A stretch of 64,000 bases of DNA, taken from assembly GCA_964035545.1 (NCBI GenBank), contig OZ037771.1, forward strand, positions 5,489,190 through 5,553,189. Direction: 5' to 3'. The notes beneath the pieces are model-generated. The model was not told the DNA's origin. It saw nothing but the letters and a program-made list of their open reading frames with translations, and did not search any database. The stretch is from Bugula neritina (lineage: Eukaryota > Animalia > Bryozoa). Both the position numbers and the translations under genes were made by a program. Shown piece by piece: positions 1 through 14,300 of the stretch (position 1 is its first letter; each line of letters opens with the position of its first letter).

Positions 1-2610
1 CCTCTATGAGCCTATATATTCTATATCTGCCCCCTATGAACTTATATATATTATATCTGCCCCCTGTGAACTTATATATATTTTATGTGCCCCCTATGAG
101 CCTATATATTCCATATCTGCCCCCTATGAGCTTATATATTCTATATCTGCCCCCTATAAGCCTATATATTCTACATCTGCCCCCTATGAGCTTATATATT
201 CTATATCTGCCCCCTATGAGCCTATATATTCTACATCTGCCCCCTTTGAGCCTATATATTCTATATCTGCCCCCTATGAGCTTATATATTCTATATCTGC
301 CCCCTATGAACTTATATATTCTATATCTGCCCCCTATGAGCCTATATATTTATTATCTGCCCCCCTATGAGCCTATATATATTATATCTGCCCCCTATGA
401 GCCTATATATTCTATATCTGCCCCCTATGAACTTATATATATTATATCTGCCCCCTATGAACTTATATATATTTTATGTGCCCCCTATGAACCTATATAT
501 TCTATATCTGCCCCCTATCAACTTATATATTATATCTGCCCCCTGTGAACTTATATATATTTTATGTGCCCCCTATGAACCTATATATTCTATATCTGCC
601 CCCTATCAACTTATATATTATATCTGCCCCCTATGAACTTATATATATTATATCTGCCCCCTATGAGCCTATATATTCTATATCTGCCCCCTATGAACCT
701 ATATATATATTATATCTGCCCCCTATGAACTTATATATATATATATATTATATCTGCCCCCTATGAACTTATATATATATTATATCTGCCCCCTATGAAC
801 TTATATATATATATTATATCTGCCCCCTATGGGCCTATATATTCTATATCTGCCCCCTATGAACCTATATATATATTATATCTGCCCCCTATGAACTTGA
901 ATATATATATATATATATTATATCTGCCCCTATGAGCCTATATACTCCATATCTGCCCGCTATGAACCTAGATACGTGCCCTCTTTCACTGTTGGAAACA
1001 CTTATTTACAGTGATGATAATATCATTTCAGTTGCTATAACTGTGCCAGGGCTTGAGGTAGAACTTGTATAGAAATCTGGCCTGCATCTCCATTAAAAAA
1101 TTATATTTGAGTTGTTGTGAGCTTATATATTATATCTGCCCCCTATGAGCCTATATATTCTATATCTGCCCCCTATGAACTTATATATATTATATCTGCC
1201 CCCTGTGAACTTATATATATTTTATGTGCCCCCTATGAACCTATATATTCTATATCTGCCCCCTATGAACTTATATATTATATCTGCCCCTATGAACTTA
1301 TATATATTATATCTGCCCCCTATGAGCCTATATATTCTATATCTGCCCCCTATGAACCTATATATATATTATATCTGCCCCCTATGAACTTATATATATG
1401 TATTATATCTGCCCCCTATGAGCTTATATATATATTATATCTGCCCCTATGAGCCTATATACTCCATATCTGCCCGCTATGAACCTAGATATGTGCCCTC
1501 TTTCACTGTTGGAAACACTTATTTACAGTGATGATAATATCATTTCAGTTGCTATAACTGTGCCAGGGCTTGAGGTAGAACTTGTATAGAAATCTGGCCT
1601 GCATCTCCATTAAAAAATTATATTTGAGTTGTTGTGAGCTTATATATTATATCTGCCCCCTATGAGCCTATATATTCTATATCTGCCCCCTATGAACTTA
1701 TATATATTATATCTGCCCCCTGTGAACTTATATATATTTTATGTGCCCCCTATGAACCTATATATTCTATATCTGCCCCCTATGAACTTATATATTATAT
1801 CTGCCCCTATGAACTTATATATATTATATCTGCCCCCTATGAGCTTATATATTCTATATCTGCCCCCTATGAACCTATATATATATTATATCTGCCCCTA
1901 TGAACTTATATATATGTATTATATCTGCCCCCTATGAGCTTATATAATATATTATATCTGCCCCCTATGAGCCTATATATTCTATATCTGCCCCCTATAA
2001 GCCTATATATATATTCTAATCTGCCCCCTATAAGCCTATACATTCTATATCTGCCCCCTATAAGCCTATATATTTTATATCTGCCCCCTATGAGCCTATA
2101 TATTCTATATCTGCCCCCTATGAACTTATATATATTTTATGTGCCCCCTATGAGCCTATATATTCCATATCTGCCCCCTATGAGCTTATATATTCTATAT
2201 CTGCCCCCTATAAGCCTATATATTCTACATCTGCCCCCTATGAGCTCATATATTTTATATCTGCCCCCTATGAGCCTATATATTCCATATCTGCCCCCTA
2301 TGAGCCTATATATTCTATATCTGCCCCCTATGAACTTATATATATTATATCTGCCTCCTATGAACTTATATATATATATTATATCTGCCCCCTATGAGCT
2401 TATATATTCTATATCTGCCCCCTATGAACTTGTATATATTTTATGTGCCATCTTTGAGCTCATATACTATTTATGTGCTGCTATGAGCCTAGATATGTTA
2501 TATGTGCCCCTTATGAGCTCATATATGCTGCATGTATGCGATCCCCATAAGCCTGTGTATACTATATCTGCCCCATATGAGTTGATGTATACTATGTGTG
2601 CCCTATATCA
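1..2610. repeat. ~30-bp minisatellite array (consensus ~TATATCTGCCCCCTATGAGCCTATATATTC), interrupted twice by a duplicated ~140-bp unique spacer
   Basis: Directly visible tandem units with variable (TA) stretch; array degenerates after ~2440; runs off the left edge. The LYILYLPPM ORFs are its translation. Confidence 0.97.
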
Positions 2611-4688
2611 GCAAGCACAGTCCACAGCGTCTGATGTGTATCATAGTAGGTTTATTAATTTGCATATTTTTAATTTGATGTCTTTCTCTGCAATTATGAC
2701 TTTCAGCTTTAGAAGTTTTTTTGTTATATGCAGCACGTTTTCAAATTAAAAAAATTATCAACCTAAGAAGATACATACCTTTTGCTGTCTCCAATTTGCT
2801 GCTCAAATTTTTATTTTTGCTTCTGGTAGAAACAAGCATTTTTTCTAACAATTTAGTTATAGTGTTTAAAAGTACTATATGGTTTCCCAGCAACCTTTAC
2901 TTAGCTGAAATGTAACTTTCCAGTGTCAGAATAGCAGCTTTGACAAAATTTCTCGTATACATATACTGCTAGTAACAGAGAAAATTATCTGTTCCTGCAA
3001 TTACTTTTACTAAGGTCTATAGAGGGAGACCACATCCCTACAATTATGCAAAAGATAATAGACCCCCTGTAGTTTTGGGCCTAGTTTCTTTGCATCTTCA
3101 TAATCATTTTAATCAGGAAACTTAAGTAAGCTTAGAAGTTTTTAATTTACTAAAAATGGCTGCTAAGAGAGGTACCTTAGTTTGAACCTTATACAGAAAT
3201 CCTATAATTAGCCTATTTGGCTGCAACTTCAAAAGCACTCTCATATTTATAAATTCGTTTGAAGGAGTTTACCCTCAAATACTGTACAATAAAGAAAAAA
3301 TTTCAAGCTAGCTGTTCTATTTTTCTTGGTTTTGTGTTATCTCAGTACACGCAGAGTTTATAGTCTCTATGAGAGACCTTTTTAACTGACTGAGGGCATA
3401 ATAGCTGAGATCTTGTCTGCTGTCACTACAACACGGACTTTTATAATAGGAAATATTAAGAAATGCTTGCAGCTTACCCTTGCTACTAAATATTAGACCC
3501 TGTAGAATATAAGATAGGCCCTACACCAAGTTTCATTCACAATAAATCTAATGGGAATCAGTAGAGATGATGAATTCAAAGTTATTAACACATATTATTG
3601 AAAACTATTTATACATGTCTTACTCTTTTTGTTGGTAGTCAAATTATATGACTAGCAAGAAGTCTAGATTTTGTTATTCACCCATTGCGCAAACAATACT
3701 TTTTCTAGCTGCATTATTTTACTTGAAAAATTTTCAAAACAGGGAAACCAATTCAGCAACTAGTTTTAAAGTTTGAAAAAGGCATGTAGCACCAGTGTTA
3801 CACTGGTCATCCGTCTCTATAAGAGTAACAATTCAGTTTAATTCCAAATAGACAACCCCCTCCATATAGACGCCAAACAATATATTCTACTTAGACTGCC
3901 TACTGAACAGCTATATTTAAAAGCGTTAAAAAATGAAAATTGTACTTTTTATAAATAATATGTATTTTGCTGGAAATATTTTGTTGCATGCAATTAATAG
4001 AAGCTGGGGGAAACCCTGAGTATGTCTCATGTAAACACAGTTGGAGCAAATACACTAGATAACTGTAGAATGGCTAAATATTTGCAGCTGTAATACCTCT
4101 AAACAATTCAACTAAAAAGTAGACATGGATGTGGACATTGTGGCTATTTGGTAATTAGTATAATAGCTTAACAGTGGATTTGCTCTTATCCTTACTAAGT
4201 GACAGGCAAAGTAAGAATTTACAAAATAAAATCTTTTAACAACCTCCTATCCCAATACATTAGGCCAAGAACTACGGCAAATTGAAATTAATGATGGGTG
4301 TCTTTAGATTGCCTAACTTTTTTGGAGCTACTTACATTTTTCTTTCCTATATTGAAGAAAAAACAGCCATTTAGTTTAGACTTAGCAAAGGCTAGCAACT
4401 GTAAGATATGTAGTATTAGTCAAGTAGCTAACCTGTTACACAGGAAACTTAATAAATAAAACGTTCTGCCTCAGCAAAAGAAGTTTAAGATTTTTACAAC
4501 CGTGGCTCATTAAATGCTTGAATATTTTTATGTATAAACACCTAAAGTAAGTTTGTGATTTGAAATTAATGGCAAAAGGTTAGACTCAACTTATTTACTA
4601 TTGCCTTTCTCGGCCTGGGCCCAACCAGGCTAGGCAACTTAATTGACTACTAAAAGTTTATGGATAACTCGAACAGCTGACGTGTAAA

Positions 4689-5255
4689 ACCATGTAAAAG
4701 TCAGCCGATCAGCATTGTGTACCAGGTCAACACCCCACTATTATAGTTTATATAAAATTCTGCAAGTTCAGTTGCAAAATGCATGCTTCTAGAAAGCAGT
4801 TGTGCAACTTTTTTCAAGTGCATTACTTTATTTCATATCTTAAATTTATGATCTTTGATGTATTTTTCAAAACAATTAAATTGAGTGTGTATAAAATGCA
4901 ATTAAAAATTGTATGTCTACAAAAATGACCTGGTACACTTTTGCAGCTGAAGGCCAGTTGTTACATAACTCTTAGCTTTATTTGTTCTCTATTATACTAG
5001 TATGAACTCTTGTTCTCCAATATGCCAGCTGGTAATGAGCCACCAGATTTTGGTACAGAACTCTGATTAGCCGGGTTTTTGAATGGTTTTCTAATACATA
5101 CATCTGATTGCCTGAATAGTGCACACTCCATCTACATTTACATGGTGCAAGCTACAGGGTAATATTATACCAACTTTCTGTTTACTAATCTTTTGTTCAC
5201 AATAGTAAATAGGCTATTCAGCAAAGATTTTATGGCATGTAAGCCATGGGAACTA
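4689..5255. repeat. Left arm of a long inverted repeat (partner 6534-7082)
   Basis: ACCATGTAAAAGTCAGCCGATCAGCA...GCCATGGGAACTA is the reverse complement of 6534-7082 with scattered substitutions and one ~18-bp indel. Confidence 0.93.
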
Positions 5256-6533
5256 TCAACCCTCTCTGCTGTATATATTTTAGCTTGTAATAGCAAGTCT
5301 ACATCATAGTGTTACTACCAATATTCTCATATAAACTTATTCAATTTTCTTCAGATAATAAAATCCCTCCTTCACTCATAGAAAATAACAAGCAATCATT
5401 CAATGATTTAGCTTTGGTAAACTATCATGTACAGTTTTTAAATGCATTTCTTTTAGACTACCCTATTCTTCAGCTTACCAATACCATAGCTTAAAAAATG
5501 TGTATTGCAGCTTATGCTAAGCCTGAGTTGGCCGTTTCTGAACCTAAAATACTGTTTGTCTCTTATATTTGGACAATAGGTTGAACTAGTCATATTATAT
5601 TTACTTGCAGGATTTAAAATGCAAGTTTAGCAACAACATAGGTTTTTCTTTCAATGAATTATAAACACATAAATTATTGGTGTAGAGAAATTGCAATTTA
5701 TGCTGCTTATGATAACATAATGTTTTTACACGATCTAATCTCATAGCTTTAAAATATCGTAAGAAATTTTTCTATGAAAGTACTGGATTTCATCAGTTAT
5801 AGAGAAAGTACTAGACTTCATCAGTTATAGAGGGTGGCTGCAGATTGCAGAGATCCCAGCAGACAATAGGACTTTCAAGAAATGCTAGCTGAAGGCTTTA
5901 CCCAATACTTTACCATTCAAACAGAATGTAATGGGTGTCAACATGCATTACATAATGTTGTGACTATGCATAGTAATCTGGCTGTATGAGACAAGGCTTT
6001 GTTCATGAATTTAAGCAAATACTTCTGACAAACAACTATTGCTTTACTTAGTAGCTGGTTTAAACCCATGCAGCTATAACAACAATAATTTTAATGAATG
6101 TTGTGTTTAAGCAATGGGTATAAATCATTCTTACTTTAAACACTGAAGTATTATCGGGCAATGACTAGTAATGAGGTGGTCACTTTTGATAGACTTTAAA
6201 GACAAGTATAAATGAAGCTAATTTACTCCTAAAAAAAATTGCAACCAAAAAAGTTTATTCTTTACTGAGTATAGGATTGTCGCATGTTAAATTATAACCT
6301 TAACTAAATAAGTCAAGACAGCAAGTGAACTACTTTAGGTGATAGATGAATACTCTATATAAAACATCTTTTCTAAATATGTAAACTGCTAAACCCTACA
6401 GATAAATAATAAATACATGTGGTTTAACTACTAATGTTTATTGAAACAATTTCAAAGTTTAGTAGAAAGAACTATAATGGGACAGATGCATAAGCAATAT
6501 TAGCAGCAGTGATGGTTGATTAAACCTCTTTAG

Positions 6534-7082
6534 TAGTTCCCATGGCTTACACGCCATAAAATCCTTGCTAAATAGCCTATTTACTATTATGAACAAAAGA
6601 TTGATAAACAGAAAGATGGTATAATACTACCCTGTAGCTTGCACCACGTAAAGGTAGACGGAGTGTACACTATTCAGGCAATCAGATGTATGTATTAGAA
6701 AACCATTCAAAAACCCAGCTAATCAGAGTTCTGTACCAAAAGCTGGCATATTGGAGAACAAGAGTTCATACTAGTATAATAGAGAACAAATAAAGCTAAG
6801 AGTTATGTAACAACTGGCCTTCAGCTGCAAAAGTGTACCAGGTCATTTTTTTAGACATACAATTTTTAATTGCATTTTATACACACTTACTTTAGATGTT
6901 TTGAAAATACATCAGAGTGTCATAAATTTAAGATATGAAATAAAGTAATGCACTTAAAAAAAGTTGCACAACTGCTTTCTAGAAGAATGCATTTTGCAAC
7001 TGAACTTGCAGAATTTTATATAAGCTATATTAGTGGGGTGTTGACCTGGTACACTTTGCTGATCGGCTGACTTTTACATGGT
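6534..7082. repeat. Right arm of long inverted repeat (partner 4689-5255)
   Basis: TAGTTCCCATGGC...TGCTGATCGGCTGACTTTTACATGGT; reverse complement of the left arm. Confidence 0.93.
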
Positions 7083-10000
7083 CTAAGTAATTTTAGAGGT
7101 AATGGCTTTCATTATAGAGCTAATAACAGGCTCCAACCTTATAGAGATACACAAAGGGCTACATAAGGACAACAACAACTACAATAAGTATAACATAGGA
7201 CATGAAGTTTGAAGCAATTTTGCTGGCAATTCCCCAAAGAATTAATATTATACCTAACTAATGTAAACTTTAAACACATTTTTTCAACTTGCTGAAACTT
7301 CATACCAGCAAGAAATCTTTTTAACGAAGATAAATTGCATTTTGTAAAACTGTTTGATGTTGCTGTGCAGCTCTGGCTGAATTATAATGAAACATAGAGC
7401 AAGCCATTTATTTTGCAAAACTAATCATAAAGTACAGAATAAATCATGAAAAGTTGTATAATTTTGTATTTTATATCAAAAAAAGTTTTCTTTAGTTAAA
7501 TTAACATTTCAGTTGTGGAAAGAACAACTGTTATATTGTTTCTAATAGTTTCACTTGAAGCTTTCCTGCAGTGTAGCAGTGTTTGTTCTATCTATTCAGT
7601 CAGTTACCTAATTATTTATTAGTTTGTAGGCTGTTCTATTTACTCTAGGCCCTAGGCTTTAAGAATGAAGAACTAGCACTATCTAGCACCATCTAGCAAT
7701 TGTAACCTATTGATAGTCCAGGGTGCTTTACTTGCCATACTCTGGCTTGCAGATCGAAGGATTCAAATTGCTTTTTATGACTAGATACCTGTTACATTTT
7801 GCTCTTACAAGATAAATCAATTTTAAAATATTCTCAAAGTAAAAACATGTTTAATGGTAGCACCATACATTGTTGTTCAGTTTGTATCTCTACCTCAATA
7901 TTTTGCATTATTTTGTTCTACCAATTTGTGAAAAGAGCTACTGAAAGAGCTGTTGATGAAACTTAAAACAAATTGAAACATTTACCCCATACTCAACTTG
8001 CTGGATTGCTCTCTATCATGGTAGGCTATCAACAAAGCAAGCCAAAATTGCTTATTCTGAAGTTTAGCTTTTGTGAAAATTGGCAAGCTTTAGTTAATAA
8101 CCTGTAATTATATAGCCAAGTTGTTTAATTAAGATTTAAAGTAGCATTGTGTTACACACAATAGTTTCGGAAAATAATTGAAAGAAAAATTTAATAATAT
8201 ATTACTATAAAGTACCAGGAAAGTCTTGCTGATGTTCATAAAGCATGCATTAAACATTCTGTATTTCAATGGAAGATGACTTACACATTGTAGAAGGAAA
8301 GTTGTCTACTTGTCTTAGTTTACAAGGCTATGTCGTAATGCTAGTAGTAGACTGATACCCAAACAAAAAAAAAGGAAAAAATCTGGTGCTTGTCATAAAT
8401 ATTATGTTAGATTTGTCTCTCTAGCATTAGGACAAGAAGAGAGATGAACCAGTTGCATATATAGTGCGATTGTGCATAAACTGCTATCCTAGCTTACAAA
8501 TTGTTGAGTGCCAATATTTGAATTGTCAATATATTTATGCCAGGTAAGGCCAGTAAGAAAATGTAGTTTACAAGATTAAATAAAAAGTACGTAAAAGCAG
8601 TAACAGAGACGAGTTCTGAAACGTCTGCTCATGCAAACAAAATGCCCAATTGCTAAGAGTTGGGAGCAGTTTTGAAGAAGCTTGTATATTATACCACTAA
8701 TTGTTAACATTAAATCTATAAAAGTTACTGCTAAAGATTGAAAAAAAAATCAAGGCACATTCAGAAGCTTGCTAATATATTTCTTTTGAAGCTATTGCAA
8801 TTAAAGAGTAATTTGTAGTGTAACTGCTGCATTTCTAGCCAACAAAAAGTTTCAATAGCTTATAAAAGGCTAGACAACATGGTTTTCAAATTTTGTTTTA
8901 GTACACATAGCTTCAGGTTTTTTAAGAAGCACTATTTTATATATTAGCAACTGTGAAAGATATAGTTAGGGGTTGCTCTTATTTGTGCTCCGTAAAGCAT
9001 TTAAAAAAAGAACTCAGATATGGGTTTGAGAAGAAAGAGCATATAATTAGTAGCCTTACATTCAGCTTTAACTCAATATATTTTACTGAAGCGTTGAGTT
9101 AATCGCTATAGACTTTAGAGCATATGAAAGTGTACTAGCCGACTGTTTTGTGTGCACTATAGCAAAGAATCACAGTTCAAAGTACATTTTCAGATATAAA
9201 TGATTGTGAAAAATATATTCTAATTGGTTTAATCTTATCATATATTACAAGTCTCTTTGTTATGTAAATTCAAATAGAATACTATAATTATTTTGAAATA
9301 AATATTAAAAAATTATCAGCCTATTGTGCATTAGTACTTCAAATAATATTAGCAATGACAAAAATATTAGTAGGACATTTTGTTCTCATATGATGCATCA
9401 TGAAGATGAAGTGCAGAAAATGTGCTAATATTCTTAAGATTAGTTTAAAGCAATGGTGTTCTGCGTGTTCTTTAATGATTGATTACAAACAGTGCTCTCA
9501 AATTGCTATCTATATAACTGTTCAAAGAATCACCGAGGCAGACTTTTAAGAAATCTGCAAAATACTGTACCTATACGGTTGATTTAATGAAAGGAATAGC
9601 TAGTAAAACTTCAAAAATAAGCCTTTGAAGCAAATCGTTTAGCATCTGGTAAATAGAAGTGCATACTTGGCCGTTTTTTTTAGTATAATACCTATATAGT
9701 GGTGCTATCTATCCAATTGTTTTTTATTAAAAGACTTTAGAACATATAGCTAGTTTAGAAATTAGTTTTATCTTGCTTATTTGTCCGAATTATAGTAGGT
9801 ATATGCATGGTAGCTAAATGAACTTAACACACATATTTTTTAATACAGGAAAATACTATAGATATTAGATATTACAGTATAAACTGGCTGCAATCAAATT
9901 GAGTAATTTTTAAAATAAAATATACATTATACGTTTCATTCATTCTTTAAGTATACAATATAGGCTTATAATAATTTGAGGCAACTTTTAATTAATTAAT

Positions 10001-10676
10001 TATATCTGTATTTTGTCAACTAACTGCTATTCTATTTTTGCTATTACAATATTTTACTTCACTTGCTTATTGAATGACGTGCAATTTCTTTTTCAAAGTA
10101 CTTGTTTTTACAGTTTAAAACTATATACACTTGGTTCAATTTAATTGAACTTTTCCTGTTATATAAAAAAATATATATATACAACTTTCATTACCTAAAC
10201 AAAATATAAGAATAAGCAAAACATCAACAAATGTAATGAGGATGATACAGGGTGCACTTCGAATTATTAGACATGAAAATCCTTATTCGATTTTAAAAAG
10301 GAAATACATAACATAGGAAATTGAAGTGTAATTTTTTTTATTTTGAATGCATGGCTATATCAGTTCCTTACAGAGAGTAATGGCATAGTGTGAATAGAAG
10401 TTGAAAAATAATTTTTTTTTAACTGAAATTGTTGGATAATTAATTATAGCAGACAAAGTAGAACAAAACCAATTGAGTTTCTATACTTTGCATAGTACAA
10501 ATGTAATATAGCTTTTATTACTCAAAAAGTAAAAATGAGAAGACAATTTCAAAGTAAAAATAATATGATATATTCTGATAACAGAGGGGGCTCTGTTTAT
10601 AGGCCCCCTATGGTATCGAAATATACCAAATGCATATAAGCCCCCTATGAGCAGCCCCCTATGAAACCACATTTAA

Positions 10677-10678
<2 letters not shown>

Positions 10679-10762
<84 letters not shown>
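10679..10762. repeat. (TA)n microsatellite
   Basis: Direct observation. Confidence 0.98.
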
Positions 10763-10768
<6 letters not shown>

Positions 10769-11337
10769 TATAGTATTTGAGACATAGGATGGTATATATT
10801 TGCATAATGCAGGGCATGGCTGTCCAAATCGGAAAGTTTTGACAACTATTTCCTTCTTTATTTGCAATAACTTACAAAGCTGGCTGCAATACAAAGCATT
10901 AGAGTTGGTTGTGTAAAAAGGAGATAACTCTCTCTATTTGCACATTACACTGAAGTGATGTAATGAAGGCTAGTGTTAGTTGCCTAATAAATACATTGAA
11001 ATAGTTGGTATTGAGGTTAAAATCACTAGGTATTGCTACTCAATGGTTGGTCGTGGCAACCAGTAAAATAATATTGCAATTCAATTACAAGCAATGTACA
11101 AAATAAGGTTTTACAAATCATTCATATTATATTGAAAATTGTCTTTGTAGATTAAGTTCTTAAATTACTAATAGAAGTAGTAGTCAGTTTTACTTTATAA
11201 TATGTATACATTTTTCATTTGTTGGCAAGAGAAAGTTTTTAGGGACAAGCTTTGTTTAATTTAGAAACATTTTTATCATTCTTCTACACTAAAACATTTA
11301 GTAGCAAATGTCAAAATAGAAATTATACTAGACTTAC

Positions 11338-14300
11338 AGTTAAAAGGTTGTTAGTGTTCTTTGTTGTGACTTCTATGACAGGGGCATATTCATTAACATC
11401 AGTCACTTCAATATAGACAAAAGCTGATGAGCTCAGGCTAGGGGTACCATGATCTTGGGCTATAACGGTCAAAATGTACCTTGTTTCCTGTTCACAGTCT
11501 AATGACCTGATGATAGATATATTTCCTGTAAACAGAAAAAACAAGTTTATACAATAATGTTCTTTACTTTATAAAATAATATAGAGAACTAATACATCAA
11601 ATCAGCCTACATTTCTAATTTTGTTGCTTTTTATTAATAAAATGATTTCAGATAAACATGTATTGCAAAACTTGCAACCTTATAGTCTTTATTATAATAA
11701 TTAAACTAGTTCATTCATGTGAATAGTTTTAAGGAGCTAGCTGTAAAGTTTACTATACAAGAGTTCAATTAGAAAGGAGTGTGATTGCAAGCACTAGAAT
11801 GTGTTAGTTCCTTTCGAAAGATATAAGGTTGTGTAGCATCTAACAAAAACCCTTCGTATTTTCAATCATCTATTCTTTTCTATATGAAGTAACATATAGC
11901 TTATTATGCTTACCTGAATCTTGGTCGATGCTGAATGGAGAGGGGGTGTCGGACAGAAAGTAAGAAACCGCACTGTTAGGCTGAGAGACATCCTTGTCTG
12001 TAGCGTGCACTTGGGCTACTACTGTGTGTAAAGGGATCGATTCCAGTAGACTGACCGTCACATTTCCTTCTTCAAAAACTGGCTCATTGTCATTCTCATC
12101 TTCTACATTGACCTTTACCTTCATCAAAGATCCACTGAAACATAGTAAGACTTATGCATTAGTTTTTACAACTTATTGCTATTGAGTGGTCTTATAATTT
12201 GACTGGGATATGTCACATTTTTAGAAACGATATAAAAAAATATTACAAAATAAGTAAATATTTGACCAAGTTCATTCGCAAAATATTATACTGTACATTA
12301 AAAATAATCATTGCTTTCAAGTTTGTCACATTGCAAAAAAATTGGATTCTAATATTTTGAATAATATATTGCTGGTTGTTAAGTTTATAAGCACTCATTC
12401 TATACAATAGCATCAGTGTTTATAATATTATTATTTCTATATTTTTAGATTATTTTTATACCTATAGCTAAGCGCTTACAGCTAACATAACAGCTATACT
12501 ATATAGTGTTGAAATGACTCAAAAAACAAAAATAAATAGACAAGAAGCCTCCAAAACTCGACACATTAAGTCAATATTTCATTCGGTTCTAACAAAATAA
12601 CATATTCCAAGCTGAAATCTGGAGTTTCTGTTTCACCAGTTGCTTTACAATAGCCTGTGCCTGCATGGAATAACTATGGCAAAATATATTCAAGATTCTA
12701 TAATCTATAAGAAGTTTGATTCGTTATACATACTTGTAAGGCTGAGAGGGTGAGAAAGCCAGCAGTTCAAACTGAAAGGAAGTAACAAGTTCACAGTCTA
12801 TAGGTTCCTGTACTGTTACATGGAGACTGATGGTGCTGCCTTCTGCATCCTCCTGGAGTTGGAGAGACACACCTGTAAACACCACTAAATACGTAAATGT
12901 GTCTGTAACTTACCTCTCTAGGTATAAGTTTATCTTTCAGGTGAGCTACAAGCTGAAATGGGCTAATGTTTTTTAGACTAGGCACTATATGTTAAGATTC
13001 TCCTACTATTGAAAATTTACAGAAACAAAACTCAAAAATGAAAGAAACTTCAATAACAGCCTCATTTCTCAACGCAAGCTGGAGTTATGAAACATTGATA
13101 TGAGCTCTTAATTGGCGATTGGAAACTAAGCTTTCAGAGTTATCTACTTTTGCCGAGGGGGGAGAGAGAGGTTATTATTTATTTGCTCTGCATTACATAG
13201 TAAAAGCATATAGATTTTAGAGCATACTATTATTGTCATAAGTGATCTAACAATATTCAATATACCTGGTAAAGTATTATCCCCACCATAAGTGATTTGA
13301 TACTGAGTTTTGGAGTTTTCTTCTTTGTCTAGATCCACTGCAGATGGTAAAGTCAAAGTGAAGTCTGAAGTTCCTTCTAGTACACTGATGGAAACCGATG
13401 ACTGTGGAAACACTGGCAGGTTATCATCTACATCTTCAATTATCACCTGATTTGTTGATAAAACATCAAAATTCAGTAAACCATTTCAGTAAAAAGGCAT
13501 GTATATTTTAAATACTGCATGTGTTTACATCTCCAAAAACTAACAAAAACTCTAAAACTATTACTAATTACTATAGCTAATTACTCTGCTTGAGTTAAAG
13601 ATTATTCTAATAATTAAAATTTTCAATCATGCAAAATAAACCAACAGTTGGTTTAAGCAAAGCCAGAAGGCTTTTCACAGGGCTTTGAAAGCAAAGCTTT
13701 CAGTTTGAACAACTTTCTGGCTCCTCTACAATATTGTCATATTGTCTTCACTGTCAGCATGAAACTCTTCACCATCTTGAGATATCAGTAGTCTAATTAC
13801 ATACAGCTCACTTGACTCGCAGATTTGTATAAAGCAATAAGCAAGTTGCACGCCAAGACATTTCAATTGTATTATTTTCTCTTTTGAGTGCATCTTTACT
13901 TCTGCTTATAATAAAATATCATCAGCTTAAAAGGTGAGTTTATTAAAACAAGCATACTTGTTGTGATGAACTCATTTTCAATATAGATTCTGTTTATTAA
14001 CTTTTCTTTATTCTACACTCTACAGTACATTATATAGTTCCTAGAGCAGTAATGTCTTTCACTAACTATAGTTTACACCTTATTTTGGAGAAAAAACTAC
14101 CAGTAGCAAATCTACTGACTCAATAAATAAGTTTGTGTTGTTTTCAGCAGCTTGATTTAGTACAGAAGGCTTTAATATAAACACTTAAACATAAATGTCA
14201 CACACTTACATCTAGTTTAACAGCACTACAGACTTACATCCATTTTAACAATAAGACACACTTGCACTATATATTTTACTTCAACAATGTTACAAACTCA

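Noticed and set aside
1020-1095. Minus-strand reading SSPGTVIAT in the duplicated spacer resembling a cadherin EC start
   Set aside because: No acceptor in the required phase 0, no following DxD motif, and the frame closes quickly.
1-2610. CRISPR-like appearance of ~30-bp repeats
   Set aside because: Units are contiguous with no unique spacers, there are no cas genes, and the context is eukaryotic.
6-2749. Long repetitive ORFs (LYILYLPPM / ISAPYE, up to 271 aa)
   Set aside because: Translations of a 30-bp minisatellite with frequent frame-breaking unit-length changes; no evidence of coding constraint.
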